48,679 nt of DNA, from contig JBLHKL010000002.1 in NCBI GenBank assembly GCA_047618295.1, positions 1 through 48,679 on the forward strand, given 5' to 3'. Position numbers and translations under genes: made by a program. The stretch's first letter is position 1. The number at the start of each line of letters is the position of its first letter. Below, piece by piece: positions 27,580-37,395 of this stretch. This DNA is from Gammaproteobacteria bacterium. Its GTDB lineage: Bacteria; Pseudomonadota; Gammaproteobacteria; Eutrophobiales; Eutrophobiaceae. The notes under the pieces were generated by a model. That model saw nothing but the letters and a program-made list of their open reading frames with translations. It was not told the DNA's origin and ran no database searches.

Positions 27580-28938
27580 ATGACATTTGAAAAACTCGGA
27601 TTATCCGAAGAACTACTTCGCGCAGTGCGCGAATCAGGCTATACAAAACCAACACCGATTCAGGCACAAGCCATTCCCGCTATACTGGAAGGTAAAGATG
27701 TAATGGCTGCAGCACAAACAGGCACGGGAAAAACTGCCGGATTCACACTACCGATATTACAACTTCTCAATGAAAAACCACCGGTAAAGAATAACCGTGC
27801 CCGTGCATTGGTGTTAACACCAACACGAGAGCTCGCAGCCCAAGTACAAGAGAGTGTGTTTACCTACGGGAAACATTTGCAACTACGCTCTGCCGTTGTT
27901 TTTGGAGGCGTTAAAATAAACCCGCAGATGATGAAACTACGTCGCGGCGTCGATGTGTTAGTTGCGACACCAGGTCGTTTACTTGATCTGTTCCAACAAC
28001 GCGCTATTAACTTCAATGATATTGAAATACTGGTATTAGATGAAGCGGACCGTATGTTGGACATGGGCTTTATACATGACATCAAAAAAATCATGGCGCT
28101 GCTACCGAAGCAACGACAGACCCTGATGTTCTCTGCTACGTTTTCACCAGAGATTAGACAACTCGCTAAAGGCATTATCAATAACCCGGTTGAGATCGAT
28201 GTTGCGCCACGTAATTCGGCCGTTGAAACTATCTCACAAGTAGTTTATCCCGTCGATAAAGCACGTAAAGCTGATCTGCTCAGTCATCTGATCCGCAAAG
28301 AAAACTGGTATCAAGTATTAGTATTCAGTCGTACCAAGCATGGCGCCGATAAATTGGTGAAACGCTTATCACGCGACAATATCCATGCTGCAGCAATTCA
28401 TGGCAATAAAAGTCAAGCGCAACGTACCAAGGCACTCGACGGATTTAAAAAGAATAAAACTCAGATATTGGTTGCAACTGACATCGCTGCAAGAGGCATA
28501 GACATTGATCAGCTTTCTCATGTTGTTAATTTTGACTTACCGAATGTGCCTGAAGATTATGTTCATCGCATCGGCCGCACAGGTCGTGCCGGAGCAAGTG
28601 GTCAAGCTATCTCATTGGTCAGTGCTGATGAAGCCAAACAACTACAAGATATCGAACGACTGATAAAACGTAAGATCGAACGTGAAGAAATAGAAACCTT
28701 CGAACCACAGCATATTGTCCCTGATTCTGTCTCAGGTAAATCGTCGCAAAATAAAAAACGCGCGAATCCTAACAACAGTAACAGCAATAAACCAAAACGA
28801 TATAGCGGTAAGCGCAACAGCACCAGTGAAGAGAACCCACGTAGTCGTTATGGCAAGCCAAACAATTCGAGCAATAGAAATAGCACTCCTGGTAACCGTC
28901 AGAGACGAGCAACCTCGGCAGAAAGACCAGCAGTTTAA
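27580..28938 (+). CDS. rhlE: ATP-dependent DEAD-box RNA helicase RhlE
   Basis: [18 protein letters not shown] ([13 protein letters not shown]), SAT and [10 protein letters not shown] motifs, with a basic Asn/Ser/Arg-rich tail. ATG 27580 (AGGAA 10 nt upstream) is preferred to the track start 27532. Confidence 0.9.
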   Translation: MTFEKLGLSEELLRAVRESGYTKPTPIQAQAIPAILEGKDVMAAAQTGTGKTAGFTLPILQLLNEKPPVKNNRARALVLTPTRELAAQVQESVFTYGKHLQLRSAVVFGGVKINPQMMKLRRGVDVLVATPGRLLDLFQQRAINFNDIEILVLDEADRMLDMGFIHDIKKIMALLPKQRQTLMFSATFSPEIRQLAKGIINNPVEIDVAPRNSAVETISQVVYPVDKARKADLLSHLIRKENWYQVLVFSRTKHGADKLVKRLSRDNIHAAAIHGNKSQAQRTKALDGFKKNKTQILVATDIAARGIDIDQLSHVVNFDLPNVPEDYVHRIGRTGRAGASGQAISLVSADEAKQLQDIERLIKRKIEREEIETFEPQHIVPDSVSGKSSQNKKRANPNNSNSNKPKRYSGKRNSTSEENPRSRYGKPNNSSNRNSTPGNRQRRATSAERPAV

Positions 28939-29016
28939 TATTAGTTAGATTATTGAAGACCATCACGAACATCAAAATCAGATGATTGCCGTGCTTGGTC
29001 TTTCAATAATAAATCT

Positions 29017-29034
29017 GTCCCTACATGTAGGGAC
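29017..29034. repeat. perfect 18-nt palindrome GTCCCTACATGTAGGGAC
   Basis: Seen directly. It shares the CCTACATG/CATGTAGG core with palindromes at 40750-40785 and 43780-43834. Confidence 0.6.
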
Positions 29035-29060
29035 CTCATAAATGACAGAGGTAAATAACA

Positions 29061-29360
29061 ATGGAAGCCATAGTTCACAAACAAAAGAATGCGGGTGATG
29101 GACGTATATCATTCCCCACATTACATTGCTGGAACCCGGAAACAGAAATTATCACTATAGCGGCTCAAGTCAGTGGCAAACGCGTGTCTTGTCGAATCGC
29201 CTATGCTGATATAAAAACCAAGTATCCTGTGGTAGCAGATACACCGCTTGAGACTGTTATAAAATACCGAAAGGAAATTGAAAACGCAGCTAAAGAATTA
29301 ATTGAAAATAAAAAGTATGAGAAAGACGGTTCTATTAAAATAGACTACGTTAATCTTTAA
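29061..29360 (+). CDS. DUF1488 domain-containing protein
   Basis: RISFP ... ITIAAQVSGKRVSCRIAYADI ... YRKEIENAAKELIE fits the DUF1488 pattern as I recall it. Confidence 0.5.
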   Translation: MEAIVHKQKNAGDGRISFPTLHCWNPETEIITIAAQVSGKRVSCRIAYADIKTKYPVVADTPLETVIKYRKEIENAAKELIENKKYEKDGSIKIDYVNL

Positions 29361-29407
29361 TTGTAGTTCTATTTAATTTAGTTCTCTTAGTGTATAAATA
29401 GACTGTT

Positions 29408-30274
29408 TTATCTAAGCAAGAGTAAGGGTGTCTTGGTATTAAGTAACATTTTTGCAGTAAAACTGCCCAATATCAGATCATGTAATCGGGTGTGATTAAA
29501 TGCGCCCATGATCGTCAAGTCAATATTATGGCTAACTTGATAGTCACATAATTCATCCTCAGTTTTACCTTGCAAACTTGCACTGATAATTTCACCCCAT
29601 CCTGCAGTTTTAAGTTTATTAACGGCATTCTCAATTAAACTATGAGCCGTATCTTTTTTATTAACGCAGACCAGATGACAGCTTAAACCTTCGTATAGCG
29701 GACTATTTGCTATCATATCAATATGTTTATCACTGGCTTCACTACCATCATAGGCAATCATAATACGTTGCGGAATTTTGAAAACATCATAAGCAACCAG
29801 AATATGTCCATGTAAAGAACGGATCATTGATTCCAGCTTTGCACCGATTTTATCAGTTTGGTCTTCGTGTATTTTTCCTCTCGCGCCTATCACCAAGATA
29901 CGTAATTCTTCTTTAAGCTCTACCAAAGTTTCAATCAAATTGCCGTGTTGCAAACATAAAATCGGGTCATTAAATCCATCCTCAACAACACGCTCATTTG
30001 CCGCTTGTAAAATAGACTTCCCTTCTTTTAAACGTAATTTACTGCGCGTATGTTCATTGCTGGTAATTTCTTCAAGTAAATGGTCGCGACTATCCACGCC
30101 CAAGTTACCGGACAAATCAACTTCTTTAGCCATCTCTTGATGATGGTCAATTGTGTACAGAAGCTTTAATGGCCCTTCAACACGTTGTGCTAACCATACG
30201 GCGTAATCACAAACTGCTTCAGAAAGTTTAGAACCATCAATACAAGCCAGAATCAATTTTTTATTATTAGTCAT
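29408..30274 (-). CDS. tandem universal stress protein (UspE-like)
   Basis: Two Usp domains, the second ending TPLLLLR. Its ATG overlaps the sulP stop by 1 nt (TAATG). Confidence 0.85.
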   Translation of the reverse strand: MTNNKKLILACIDGSKLSEAVCDYAVWLAQRVEGPLKLLYTIDHHQEMAKEVDLSGNLGVDSRDHLLEEITSNEHTRSKLRLKEGKSILQAANERVVEDGFNDPILCLQHGNLIETLVELKEELRILVIGARGKIHEDQTDKIGAKLESMIRSLHGHILVAYDVFKIPQRIMIAYDGSEASDKHIDMIANSPLYEGLSCHLVCVNKKDTAHSLIENAVNKLKTAGWGEIISASLQGKTEDELCDYQVSHNIDLTIMGAFNHTRLHDLILGSFTAKMLLNTKTPLLLLR

Positions 30275-31767
30275 TAGTGGCCACCCATAATTTTTTCAAT
30301 CTCTTCCGGTTTATCATGAACACCAAAACGATCAATTATCGTCGAACTGGCTTCATTAAGCCCTATTAATTCTACCTCTGCACCTTGGCGCCGCAACTTA
30401 ATCACAGCTTTATCCAGTGAAGACACTGATGTTATATCCCAAAAATGCGCACGATTTAGATCGATTACAATCTTCTCTACCGCTTCCTTGAAATCAAAGG
30501 CAGCGATAAATTTATCTGCTGAACTAAAGAATACCTGTCCCACGACATGATAGGTTCGAGTATCACTATCCTCATCATATTCAGATTCAACATACATTAA
30601 ATGGCTAATCTTGTTTGCAAAAAACAATGATGCCAGCAGTACACCCACAAACACACCCAAAGCCAGATTATGTGTCCATACAACAACCAAAACTGTCATT
30701 ATCATGACTAGATTAGAAGAAAGAGGATGTTGCTTAAGATCACGAAATGAACCCCAGTTAAACGTTCCTATCGAGACCATAATCATCACAGCAACCAGTG
30801 CTGCCATAGGTATCTGGCTGATCCAATCGCCGAGAAACACCACCATAATCAACAATAAAACACCTGCAAGCAACGTGGATAAACGTCCACGACCACCAGA
30901 TTTAATATTAATGACAGATTGCCCAATCATCGCACAACCGGCCATGCCGCCCATGAGACCTGAGCCAATATTGGCAATCCCTTGGCCTTTGCACTCTCTA
31001 TTTTTATCACTATCTGTGTCGGTAAGATCATCAACAATCGTTGCCGTCATTAATGATTCCAGTAAACCTACCACCGCCAGCGGAACCGCATAGGGAAAAA
31101 TGATTTTCAACGTTTCCATAGTTAATGGTACATCTGGCCAGAGAAACAGTGGCAAGGTGTCAGGCAACTCACCCATATCACCTACCGTTCGAATATCCAA
31201 CTTCAATGTTAATGCGATGCCAGTTAAAACAATAATGCACACTAGCGGCGAAGGAATCGATTTTCCAACTACGGGAATAAGTGGAAATAAATAAATAATT
31301 CCCAAACCGCTTAAGGTCATTACATAGACATGCCAGGTAACATTCGTTAGCTCTGGTAATTGCGCCATAAAGATCAGTATAGCCAAAGCATTTACAAAGC
31401 CGGTAACTACCGAACGTGATACAAAACGCATTAAACTACCCAGCTTGAGGTAGCCTGCAATTATTTGAATCGCCCCCGTTAACAGGGTTGTTGCTAACAG
31501 GTATTGCAGTCCATGGTCTTTAACCAAGGTAACCATCAACAACGCCATAGCACCTGTCGCAGCACTGATCATACCAGCACGTCCACCAACAATAGCCGTC
31601 GTCACGGCAATGCAGAAAGAAGCGTAGAGACCCACTTTAGGATCAACGCCAGCAATAATAGAGAAGGCAATCGCCTCGGGAATCAACGCGAGCGCAACAA
31701 CGAGCCCTGCCAAAATATCAGCGCGAATATTTCCTAACCAATCTTGTTTTTTTGAAAGTAAAAGCAT
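30274..31767 (-). CDS. SulP family anion transporter with C-terminal STAS domain
   Basis: About 11 TM helices ([25 protein letters not shown] ...) plus STAS ([12 protein letters not shown] ... IGLN). Confidence 0.9.
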   Translation of the reverse strand: MLLLSKKQDWLGNIRADILAGLVVALALIPEAIAFSIIAGVDPKVGLYASFCIAVTTAIVGGRAGMISAATGAMALLMVTLVKDHGLQYLLATTLLTGAIQIIAGYLKLGSLMRFVSRSVVTGFVNALAILIFMAQLPELTNVTWHVYVMTLSGLGIIYLFPLIPVVGKSIPSPLVCIIVLTGIALTLKLDIRTVGDMGELPDTLPLFLWPDVPLTMETLKIIFPYAVPLAVVGLLESLMTATIVDDLTDTDSDKNRECKGQGIANIGSGLMGGMAGCAMIGQSVINIKSGGRGRLSTLLAGVLLLIMVVFLGDWISQIPMAALVAVMIMVSIGTFNWGSFRDLKQHPLSSNLVMIMTVLVVVWTHNLALGVFVGVLLASLFFANKISHLMYVESEYDEDSDTRTYHVVGQVFFSSADKFIAAFDFKEAVEKIVIDLNRAHFWDITSVSSLDKAVIKLRRQGAEVELIGLNEASSTIIDRFGVHDKPEEIEKIMGGH

Positions 31768-32048
31768 CTAAATCCTATAGTCGATAAGTAACAAACAGCC
31801 ACTAATGGACTGTCTGATTAAAATTAAAAATAGTTGGTGGGTATTAATGCGCTAGTTCATAAGCGCCAATCTGATACCGGGACTGCGGATAAATCTATTA
31901 TCCCAGCCGTACATACAAGTTGAGAGGTGATATAGCCCAAAGACGAGTGCCAACGGCGGCTATTATAGTCTCTGTTCCAGATCTAGATAGGGGTAAAAGC
32001 CATTTTTATCGACTGGCGTTTCAATAATAGAACTTATGTGCCCGGACT

Positions 32049-32251
32049 GAATGGCACTTATTTAACGGAAATTTTCCGGGAAAAACCTATAGCCACAGAG
32101 GGACAGAGAGAGACAATGTATTGTTTTTCATTCTGATCTTCTCTGTGTTCGCGGTAATTGTTCCAGACATTACTCTACCTCCTCCATCCATGGAGTCGTT
32201 TGTGGCCAATGCCGTATTTTTTAACGGTTTTTAACTTAAGTAAGCGCTATT
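32049..32251. mobile_element. MITE-like element A (about 203 bp) in the dbpA leader
   Basis: Left end GAATGGCACTTATTTAAC. The right end reverse-complements to AATAGCGCTTACTTAAG. Flanked by the perfect 12-nt direct repeat TGTGCCCGGACT (32037-32048 and 32252-32263). Confidence 0.5.
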
Positions 32252-32315
32252 TGTGCCCGGACTTATTTTTTTAATGTATCATGCGCCACCTTCCCGACTA
32301 GGCGACAAAGACCTC

Positions 32316-33698
32316 GTGAGCACAACAGACTTTTCATCACTACCCTTAAGACCTGAAGAATTAGCCAATATTCAGTCATTGGAGTATCACACACTGACGC
32401 CAATTCAGGCGCAAAGCCTACCTGCTATTCTGGAAGGCAAAGACCTACTGGCTCAGGCAAAAACCGGTAGTGGCAAAACAGCAGCTTTTGCTATTGGCCT
32501 GCTACATAAACTTGAAGTCACAACTTATCAAGTACAGTCACTAATACTTTGTCCGACACGTGAACTAGCCGACCAAGTAACTAGTGAAATCAGACGCCTT
32601 GCACGTTCAATTCCAAATACCAAGATAGTCACTTTATGTGGCGGCAAATCAATGGACCCACAACTCGCTTCGCTGGAACATCAACCACATATTGTTGTAG
32701 GCACCCCGGGGCGCGTATTAAAACATTTAGATAAAGGGTCATTAAAACTAGACGGCCTGAAAACATTGGTGCTGGATGAGGCCGACCGCATGTTGGATAT
32801 GGGTTTTCATGACGAAATCATGCGTGTTATTAAAATAGCACCACAGAAAAGACAAACCCTATTGTTCTCTGCAACCTATCCGAATGAAATAAAAAAAGTC
32901 AGTAATGCGATTCAAATCAACCCGGTTGATGTTCGTATAGAAAGCCTGCATGACGACAAAAAGATTAAACAGGTTTTTTATGAAATAACACCTGGAGAAA
33001 GAACACAGACATTAATCACCTTATTACGACATTATCAACCAGAATCAAGTTTAGTATTTTGTAATACTAAACAACAATGTCAGGATCTCGCGAGTGAATT
33101 ATGGCAACAGGGTTTTCATGCGCTGGCCTTGCATGGCGATCTTGAACAACGTGATCGCGATCAAGTATTAATACAATTTTCTAATAAGAGCTGTTCAATT
33201 TTAATCGCAACTGATGTTGCCGCGCGTGGTCTGGATATAAAAGAATTACATGCCGTAATTAATTTCGAATTATCACCCGACCCCGAGATACATATTCACC
33301 GTATCGGTCGTACCGGTCGTGCTGATAAAGATGGATTGGCATTTAGTTTCTTCATGGCCTCTGAAAAATTTAGAGTTGAAGCAATAGAAGAGTATAAAAA
33401 TAGTCCTGTTAAAATCGGAACGACTGCAACACTTAAGGCAAAAGATAACAACAAGCTTTTTCCGCCAATGGTCACGCTATGCATTAATGCCGGACGTAAA
33501 GACAAAGTGCGTGCAGGTGATATCCTCGGAGCCTTAACAGGCAACACTGATCTTACGGGTAATCAAATTGGTAAAATTGATATCTTTGATAAGCTAGCCT
33601 ACGTCGCTGTAGAACAAACGATCGCAAAGCAAGCTTTGGAAGTACTTTCGGAAGGAAAGATAAAAGGACGTAAATTTAAAGTAAAAAGATTGCGTTAA
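32316..33698 (+). CDS. dbpA: ATP-dependent RNA helicase DbpA
   Basis: AKTGSGKT, PTRELA, DEAD, SAT and HRIGRTGRA motifs plus the C-terminal DbpA RNA-binding domain (GDILGAL ... IDIFD ... AYVAV). The GTG 32316 start aligns with the E. coli N-terminus. ATG 32274 is the alternative, and the track start 32253 lies inside the flanking repeat. Confidence 0.9.
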   Translation: MSTTDFSSLPLRPEELANIQSLEYHTLTPIQAQSLPAILEGKDLLAQAKTGSGKTAAFAIGLLHKLEVTTYQVQSLILCPTRELADQVTSEIRRLARSIPNTKIVTLCGGKSMDPQLASLEHQPHIVVGTPGRVLKHLDKGSLKLDGLKTLVLDEADRMLDMGFHDEIMRVIKIAPQKRQTLLFSATYPNEIKKVSNAIQINPVDVRIESLHDDKKIKQVFYEITPGERTQTLITLLRHYQPESSLVFCNTKQQCQDLASELWQQGFHALALHGDLEQRDRDQVLIQFSNKSCSILIATDVAARGLDIKELHAVINFELSPDPEIHIHRIGRTGRADKDGLAFSFFMASEKFRVEAIEEYKNSPVKIGTTATLKAKDNNKLFPPMVTLCINAGRKDKVRAGDILGALTGNTDLTGNQIGKIDIFDKLAYVAVEQTIAKQALEVLSEGKIKGRKFKVKRLR

Positions 33699-33734
33699 GA
33701 TTAAATAGCGAAACTTTAGATTTAATCTGTTTTT
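33698..33734 (+). terminator. rho-independent terminator of dbpA
   Basis: 9-bp stem AGATTAAAT / ATTTAATCT with a 13-nt loop, followed by GTTTTT. Confidence 0.55.
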
Positions 33735-33801
33735 ACAAACTGGTCGATACAAATGGATACCATCCGCTAATCCTCCTGCATCATTCCAGTAATTTCAACA
33801 T

Positions 33802-33823
33802 CGTCATTCCCGCGCGGGAATGA
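33802..33823. repeat. perfect 22-nt palindrome GTCATTCCCGCGCGGGAATGAC (REP-like)
   Basis: Seen directly. Imperfect complementarity extends to about 33790-33835, between convergent genes. Confidence 0.6.
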
Positions 33824-33910
33824 CTCCATGTTCGAAATATTTAAGAAATATTAAAACTCGTTAGATTAGATCAAAGCAGATTCTTTAGAATATGTAGTCA
33901 TGTCTTACAA

Positions 33911-34483
33911 TTAAATAGATGTCAATCGACAAACGGTATGATCTTTTCCAGTTATTTCATGCGTCACTTTTTCAGCTTGCTTGCCTTCACCAGTATAAAT
34001 ATCAACATGTGTATTTTTGATCGCACTACCTACATCGTCAGAGATGTATAACTGATCTTTTAAAGCGTTTGGTAAACTAGGGATTTTTAAAATCACTCCC
34101 GTTGGGATAATATTTTTATCTGTTGCAATTGAGCCTACATCGAACGGTTTGCCTAATGCATTAAGTGGTTCATTACTCTTGTGCCACTTGTTTGAGAAAC
34201 GGCCCAAATACCAACCGTCCTTTGTCTTACCCCAACCTTCGATCATGACAACTTTAAGAAAGGCAGAGGCATGCGTGCTTTCTCACAATCTCTCAATGTT
34301 GATTTTGGTTTTATCAGTTTGTAAGTAATCCGATTCTACCGGTGTGAAATAACCAGTGACATGCCATTCAGAACTACATGCATCATCATGTGAAGCATAA
34401 GAATTAGCAGTGTTAAACAATGAAACAACGACCAGTAACAACATCACCGCAGTTAAGCGGCGGTCTCTTCCCCAGTAATACAA
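33911..34483 (-). pseudogene. 3D-domain (MltA-like) exported protein interrupted by an in-frame TGA
   Basis: ORFs 34283-34483 (TTG start, GGGGGA SD, signal anchor, WHVTGYFTP) and 33911-34246 (3D-type DVGSAIKNTHVDIYTG) share one frame. They are separated only by TGA at 34283-34285 and 12 sense codons. Confidence 0.6.
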
Positions 34484-34672
34484 CGATAATCCCCCTAAGA
34501 TTCTCGTTCAAATGAACGATGTCCGTTGGGATAAATATCATACGGTTTTTCAATGCCAATATCTATATATTGTGGAATTTTGTAAATAATGCCGCTATAT
34601 CTAGATTATTTTTCTACTTACTCAGGATTATGCAATTTATGGACTAATTCAAGGCTTCAAGTACAGTGACCT

Positions 34673-35632
34673 TTAGGTCTGCTTAGCAAAATACTTAAGC
34701 ATGCGAGCGCGCATGTCTTTATCGGGTAACTTCCCATGGGCTGCTCCCATATTTTCGTGCATATGTGCGACTTGTGTCGTTGCCGGTATCGCACAGGTAA
34801 CTGCAGGATGAGACACCACAAACTTTAAAAAAAACTCCGCCCAATTGTCGCAATCAATTTCCTTTGCCCAGTCAGGTAAAACCTTACCCTCAACCATTTC
34901 AAATAAGCCACCACCTTGAAACGGACGGTTGATGATTACAGCAATGCCGCGTTCTTTTGCGATGGGTAGTAAACGTTGCTCAACTTCACGGTCAACCATG
35001 TTGTAAGTGAATTGCACAAAATCAAACTCTTCTTCTAATAATGCCTTTTCCAATTTCTCATGGCGTCGGCCATGCGATGTTGTGATGCCGATGTAGCGTA
35101 TGCGCTCTTGCGCCTTCCATTCCTTCAAGGTCTCCAAATGCGTTCGCCAACTCAACATATTATGGATCTGCATTAAATCGAATTGTTTCTCACCCCACAT
35201 CTCCTCGGCCGATTCCATCTGCTTGATGCCAAAGGTCTTTCCCAAGATCCAAACCTTGGTCGCAGAAAATAATCCAGCAGGATAGTTCAACCTAGTCAGG
35301 CAGTGTCCTATGACCTCTTGAGATGAGCCGTACATCGGCGAAGAATCGACCATGCCGCCTCCACGCGCAAAAAACGTCTGTAATATTTCCACACAGGGCG
35401 CACGGTCCTCTTTATCTCCACCGACACTGAACGTTAGCCAGGAGCCCATACCGATTATGGGTATCATTTCCTTAGTTGCCGGGATGGCCTTGGTTAATAT
35501 GGAAGACGCCGATTTGGCGGACGATGCACGGTACGGCAGGGCTGAGATTAAGGGTGAAAGGGCTAAGGCCCCAGCAGACTTCAAAAAAGAACGGCGCGGT
35601 AATTGAATACGGGCAAATTTATCCTTTTTCAT
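34673..35632 (-). CDS. aldo/keto reductase with a twin-arginine (Tat) signal peptide
   Basis: N-terminal PRRSFLKSAGALALSPL is a near-consensus Tat motif; the AKR barrel follows. Confidence 0.85.
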   Translation of the reverse strand: MKKDKFARIQLPRRSFLKSAGALALSPLISALPYRASSAKSASSILTKAIPATKEMIPIIGMGSWLTFSVGGDKEDRAPCVEILQTFFARGGGMVDSSPMYGSSQEVIGHCLTRLNYPAGLFSATKVWILGKTFGIKQMESAEEMWGEKQFDLMQIHNMLSWRTHLETLKEWKAQERIRYIGITTSHGRRHEKLEKALLEEEFDFVQFTYNMVDREVEQRLLPIAKERGIAVIINRPFQGGGLFEMVEGKVLPDWAKEIDCDNWAEFFLKFVVSHPAVTCAIPATTQVAHMHENMGAAHGKLPDKDMRARMLKYFAKQT

Positions 35633-35774
35633 CTCTACCTCATCTATTTACAGAATCTATACGATTTCAGCATAACTGTAGCCGATTTCGCACAGTTTAA
35701 CTCGACGTTTCACCCACAAACACCTATAGTACGCCACCTTTTCCAGCTCATTTAATCGTACCCAGGAATCTCCA

Positions 35775-37391
35775 TTGATCTCGACAGCAAACATCACCAT
35801 GCAGTTTGGCGCCAAGCCATTATTTGAAAATATATCGGTCAAATTCAGCGATAGTAACCACTATGGTCTGATTGGAGCCAATGGTTGCGGGAAATCTACC
35901 TTCATGAAGATACTTGATGGCAGTCTTGCACCATCATCGGGCAATGTCTCCATTGGTCCTACCGACCGTGTCGGTAAATTACATCAGGATCAATTCGCCT
36001 TTGAAGAATACGGTGTTATCGACACAGTCATTATGGGTCACACGGAATTGTGGGAAGTGAAGCAGGAACGTGATCGAATCTATTCGCTCCCAGAAATGAC
36101 CGAAGAAGACGGAATGAAGGTTGCAGAACTGGAAATCCGATTTGGTGAAATGGATGGCTATAGCGCAGAAAGTCGTGCCGGTGAATTGCTCATCAGTGCA
36201 GGTATAGAATTAGAACTACATGATGGCCTTATGAGTGAAGTGGCCCCAGGTTGGAAGCTGCGAGTACTTTTGGCACAGGCTCTGTTTTCAGATCCTGACA
36301 TCCTCTTACTCGACGAACCAACTAATAACCTGGACATCAATACTATCCGTTGGTTAGAGACCGTGCTCAATGGACGCAAGAGCACCATGGTCATCATTTC
36401 TCATGATCGACATTTCCTGAATGCCGTTTGTACCCACATTGCCGATATCGATTATGGCGAATTACGTGTCTACCCCGGCAACTACGATGACTTCATGATT
36501 GCGTCGACACAAGCGCGTGAACGTCTACATTCAGAGAATGCAAAAAAATCGACACAGATAGCGGATCTGCAACAATTTGTCAGTCGCTTTTCGGCCAATG
36601 CTTCAAAGGCTAAACAAGCAACTTCACGTGCCAAGCAACTCGAAAAGATTAAACTGGATGAAGTTAAACCCTCTAGTCGTGTCAGCCCTTTCATTCGTTT
36701 TAGTCAAACAAAAAAATTACATCGCCTTGCCTTAACCATCGAAGATCTGGGTCATGGCTATGACGGTGAAACATTATTCAGCAAAGGCAATATGATTCTG
36801 GAAGCAGGTGCTCGTCTAGCCGTCATTGGTGAGAACGGCGCGGGTAAATCAACCCTGTTACGCTGTCTTATGAAAGAAATCACACAAAATAACGGCACCG
36901 TAAAATGGGCCGAGAATGCAGTTCAGTCATACTGTCCACAGGATACTGGCGCTGTCTTCACCTCTGATATAAATCTGTTTGATTGGATGAGTCAATGGCG
37001 TAAACCTAAACACGATGATCAAGCTGTACGCGCAACATTGGGACGTCTTTTATTTTCAACCGATGATTTTAATAAAAAGGTCAAAGTCTGTTCCGGTGGT
37101 GAAAAGAACCGATTGTTATTTGGCAAGTTGATGATGCAAGAAACTAATGTATTAATAATGGATGAGCCTACCAACCATCTAGACATGGAAGCGATTGAAG
37201 CTTTAAACATGGCACTGGAACATTACGAAGGAACGTTAATCTTCGTCAGTCATGATCGTGAGTTTGTTTCTTCACTAGCAACGCGTGTTATCGAGATAAA
37301 AGACAAGAAATTAATCGACTTCCAGGGCAGCTATGAAGAATATTTGGTAAGCCAACAGGATGTCGGAAAGAAAGTCGTTAACTCCAGATAA
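35775..37391 (+). CDS. ybiT: ABC-F family ATPase YbiT
   Basis: TTG start (AGGAA 7 nt upstream). Near-collinear with E. coli YbiT ([18 protein letters not shown] ... [11 protein letters not shown] ... [11 protein letters not shown]). Confidence 0.92.
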   Translation: MISTANITMQFGAKPLFENISVKFSDSNHYGLIGANGCGKSTFMKILDGSLAPSSGNVSIGPTDRVGKLHQDQFAFEEYGVIDTVIMGHTELWEVKQERDRIYSLPEMTEEDGMKVAELEIRFGEMDGYSAESRAGELLISAGIELELHDGLMSEVAPGWKLRVLLAQALFSDPDILLLDEPTNNLDINTIRWLETVLNGRKSTMVIISHDRHFLNAVCTHIADIDYGELRVYPGNYDDFMIASTQARERLHSENAKKSTQIADLQQFVSRFSANASKAKQATSRAKQLEKIKLDEVKPSSRVSPFIRFSQTKKLHRLALTIEDLGHGYDGETLFSKGNMILEAGARLAVIGENGAGKSTLLRCLMKEITQNNGTVKWAENAVQSYCPQDTGAVFTSDINLFDWMSQWRKPKHDDQAVRATLGRLLFSTDDFNKKVKVCSGGEKNRLLFGKLMMQETNVLIMDEPTNHLDMEAIEALNMALEHYEGTLIFVSHDREFVSSLATRVIEIKDKKLIDFQGSYEEYLVSQQDVGKKVVNSR

Positions 37392-37395
37392 TTAA

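Noticed and set aside
28602-28975. Several ORFs (28602-28823, 28715-28948 and 28769-28975) overlap the rhlE 3' tail.
   Set aside because: They arise from the low-complexity Asn/Ser/Arg-coding tail of rhlE and have no independent signals.
30611-31093. A 160-aa + strand ORF lies opposite sulP, with similar cases at 31100-31294 and 31504-31737.
   Set aside because: These are shadow ORFs within a well-supported transporter gene.
34283-34285. The in-frame TGA in the 3D-domain gene was considered as a selenocysteine or programmed read-through codon.
   Set aside because: No stem-loop resembling a bacterial SECIS lies immediately downstream, and the protein family is not known to use Sec. The window also holds a second gene broken by a different stop codon (TAA), which favours decay or sequencing error.
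35657-35842. A 61-aa minus-strand ORF overlaps the ybiT start.
   Set aside because: It overlaps the TTG-initiated ybiT N-terminus, which aligns residue for residue with E. coli YbiT.
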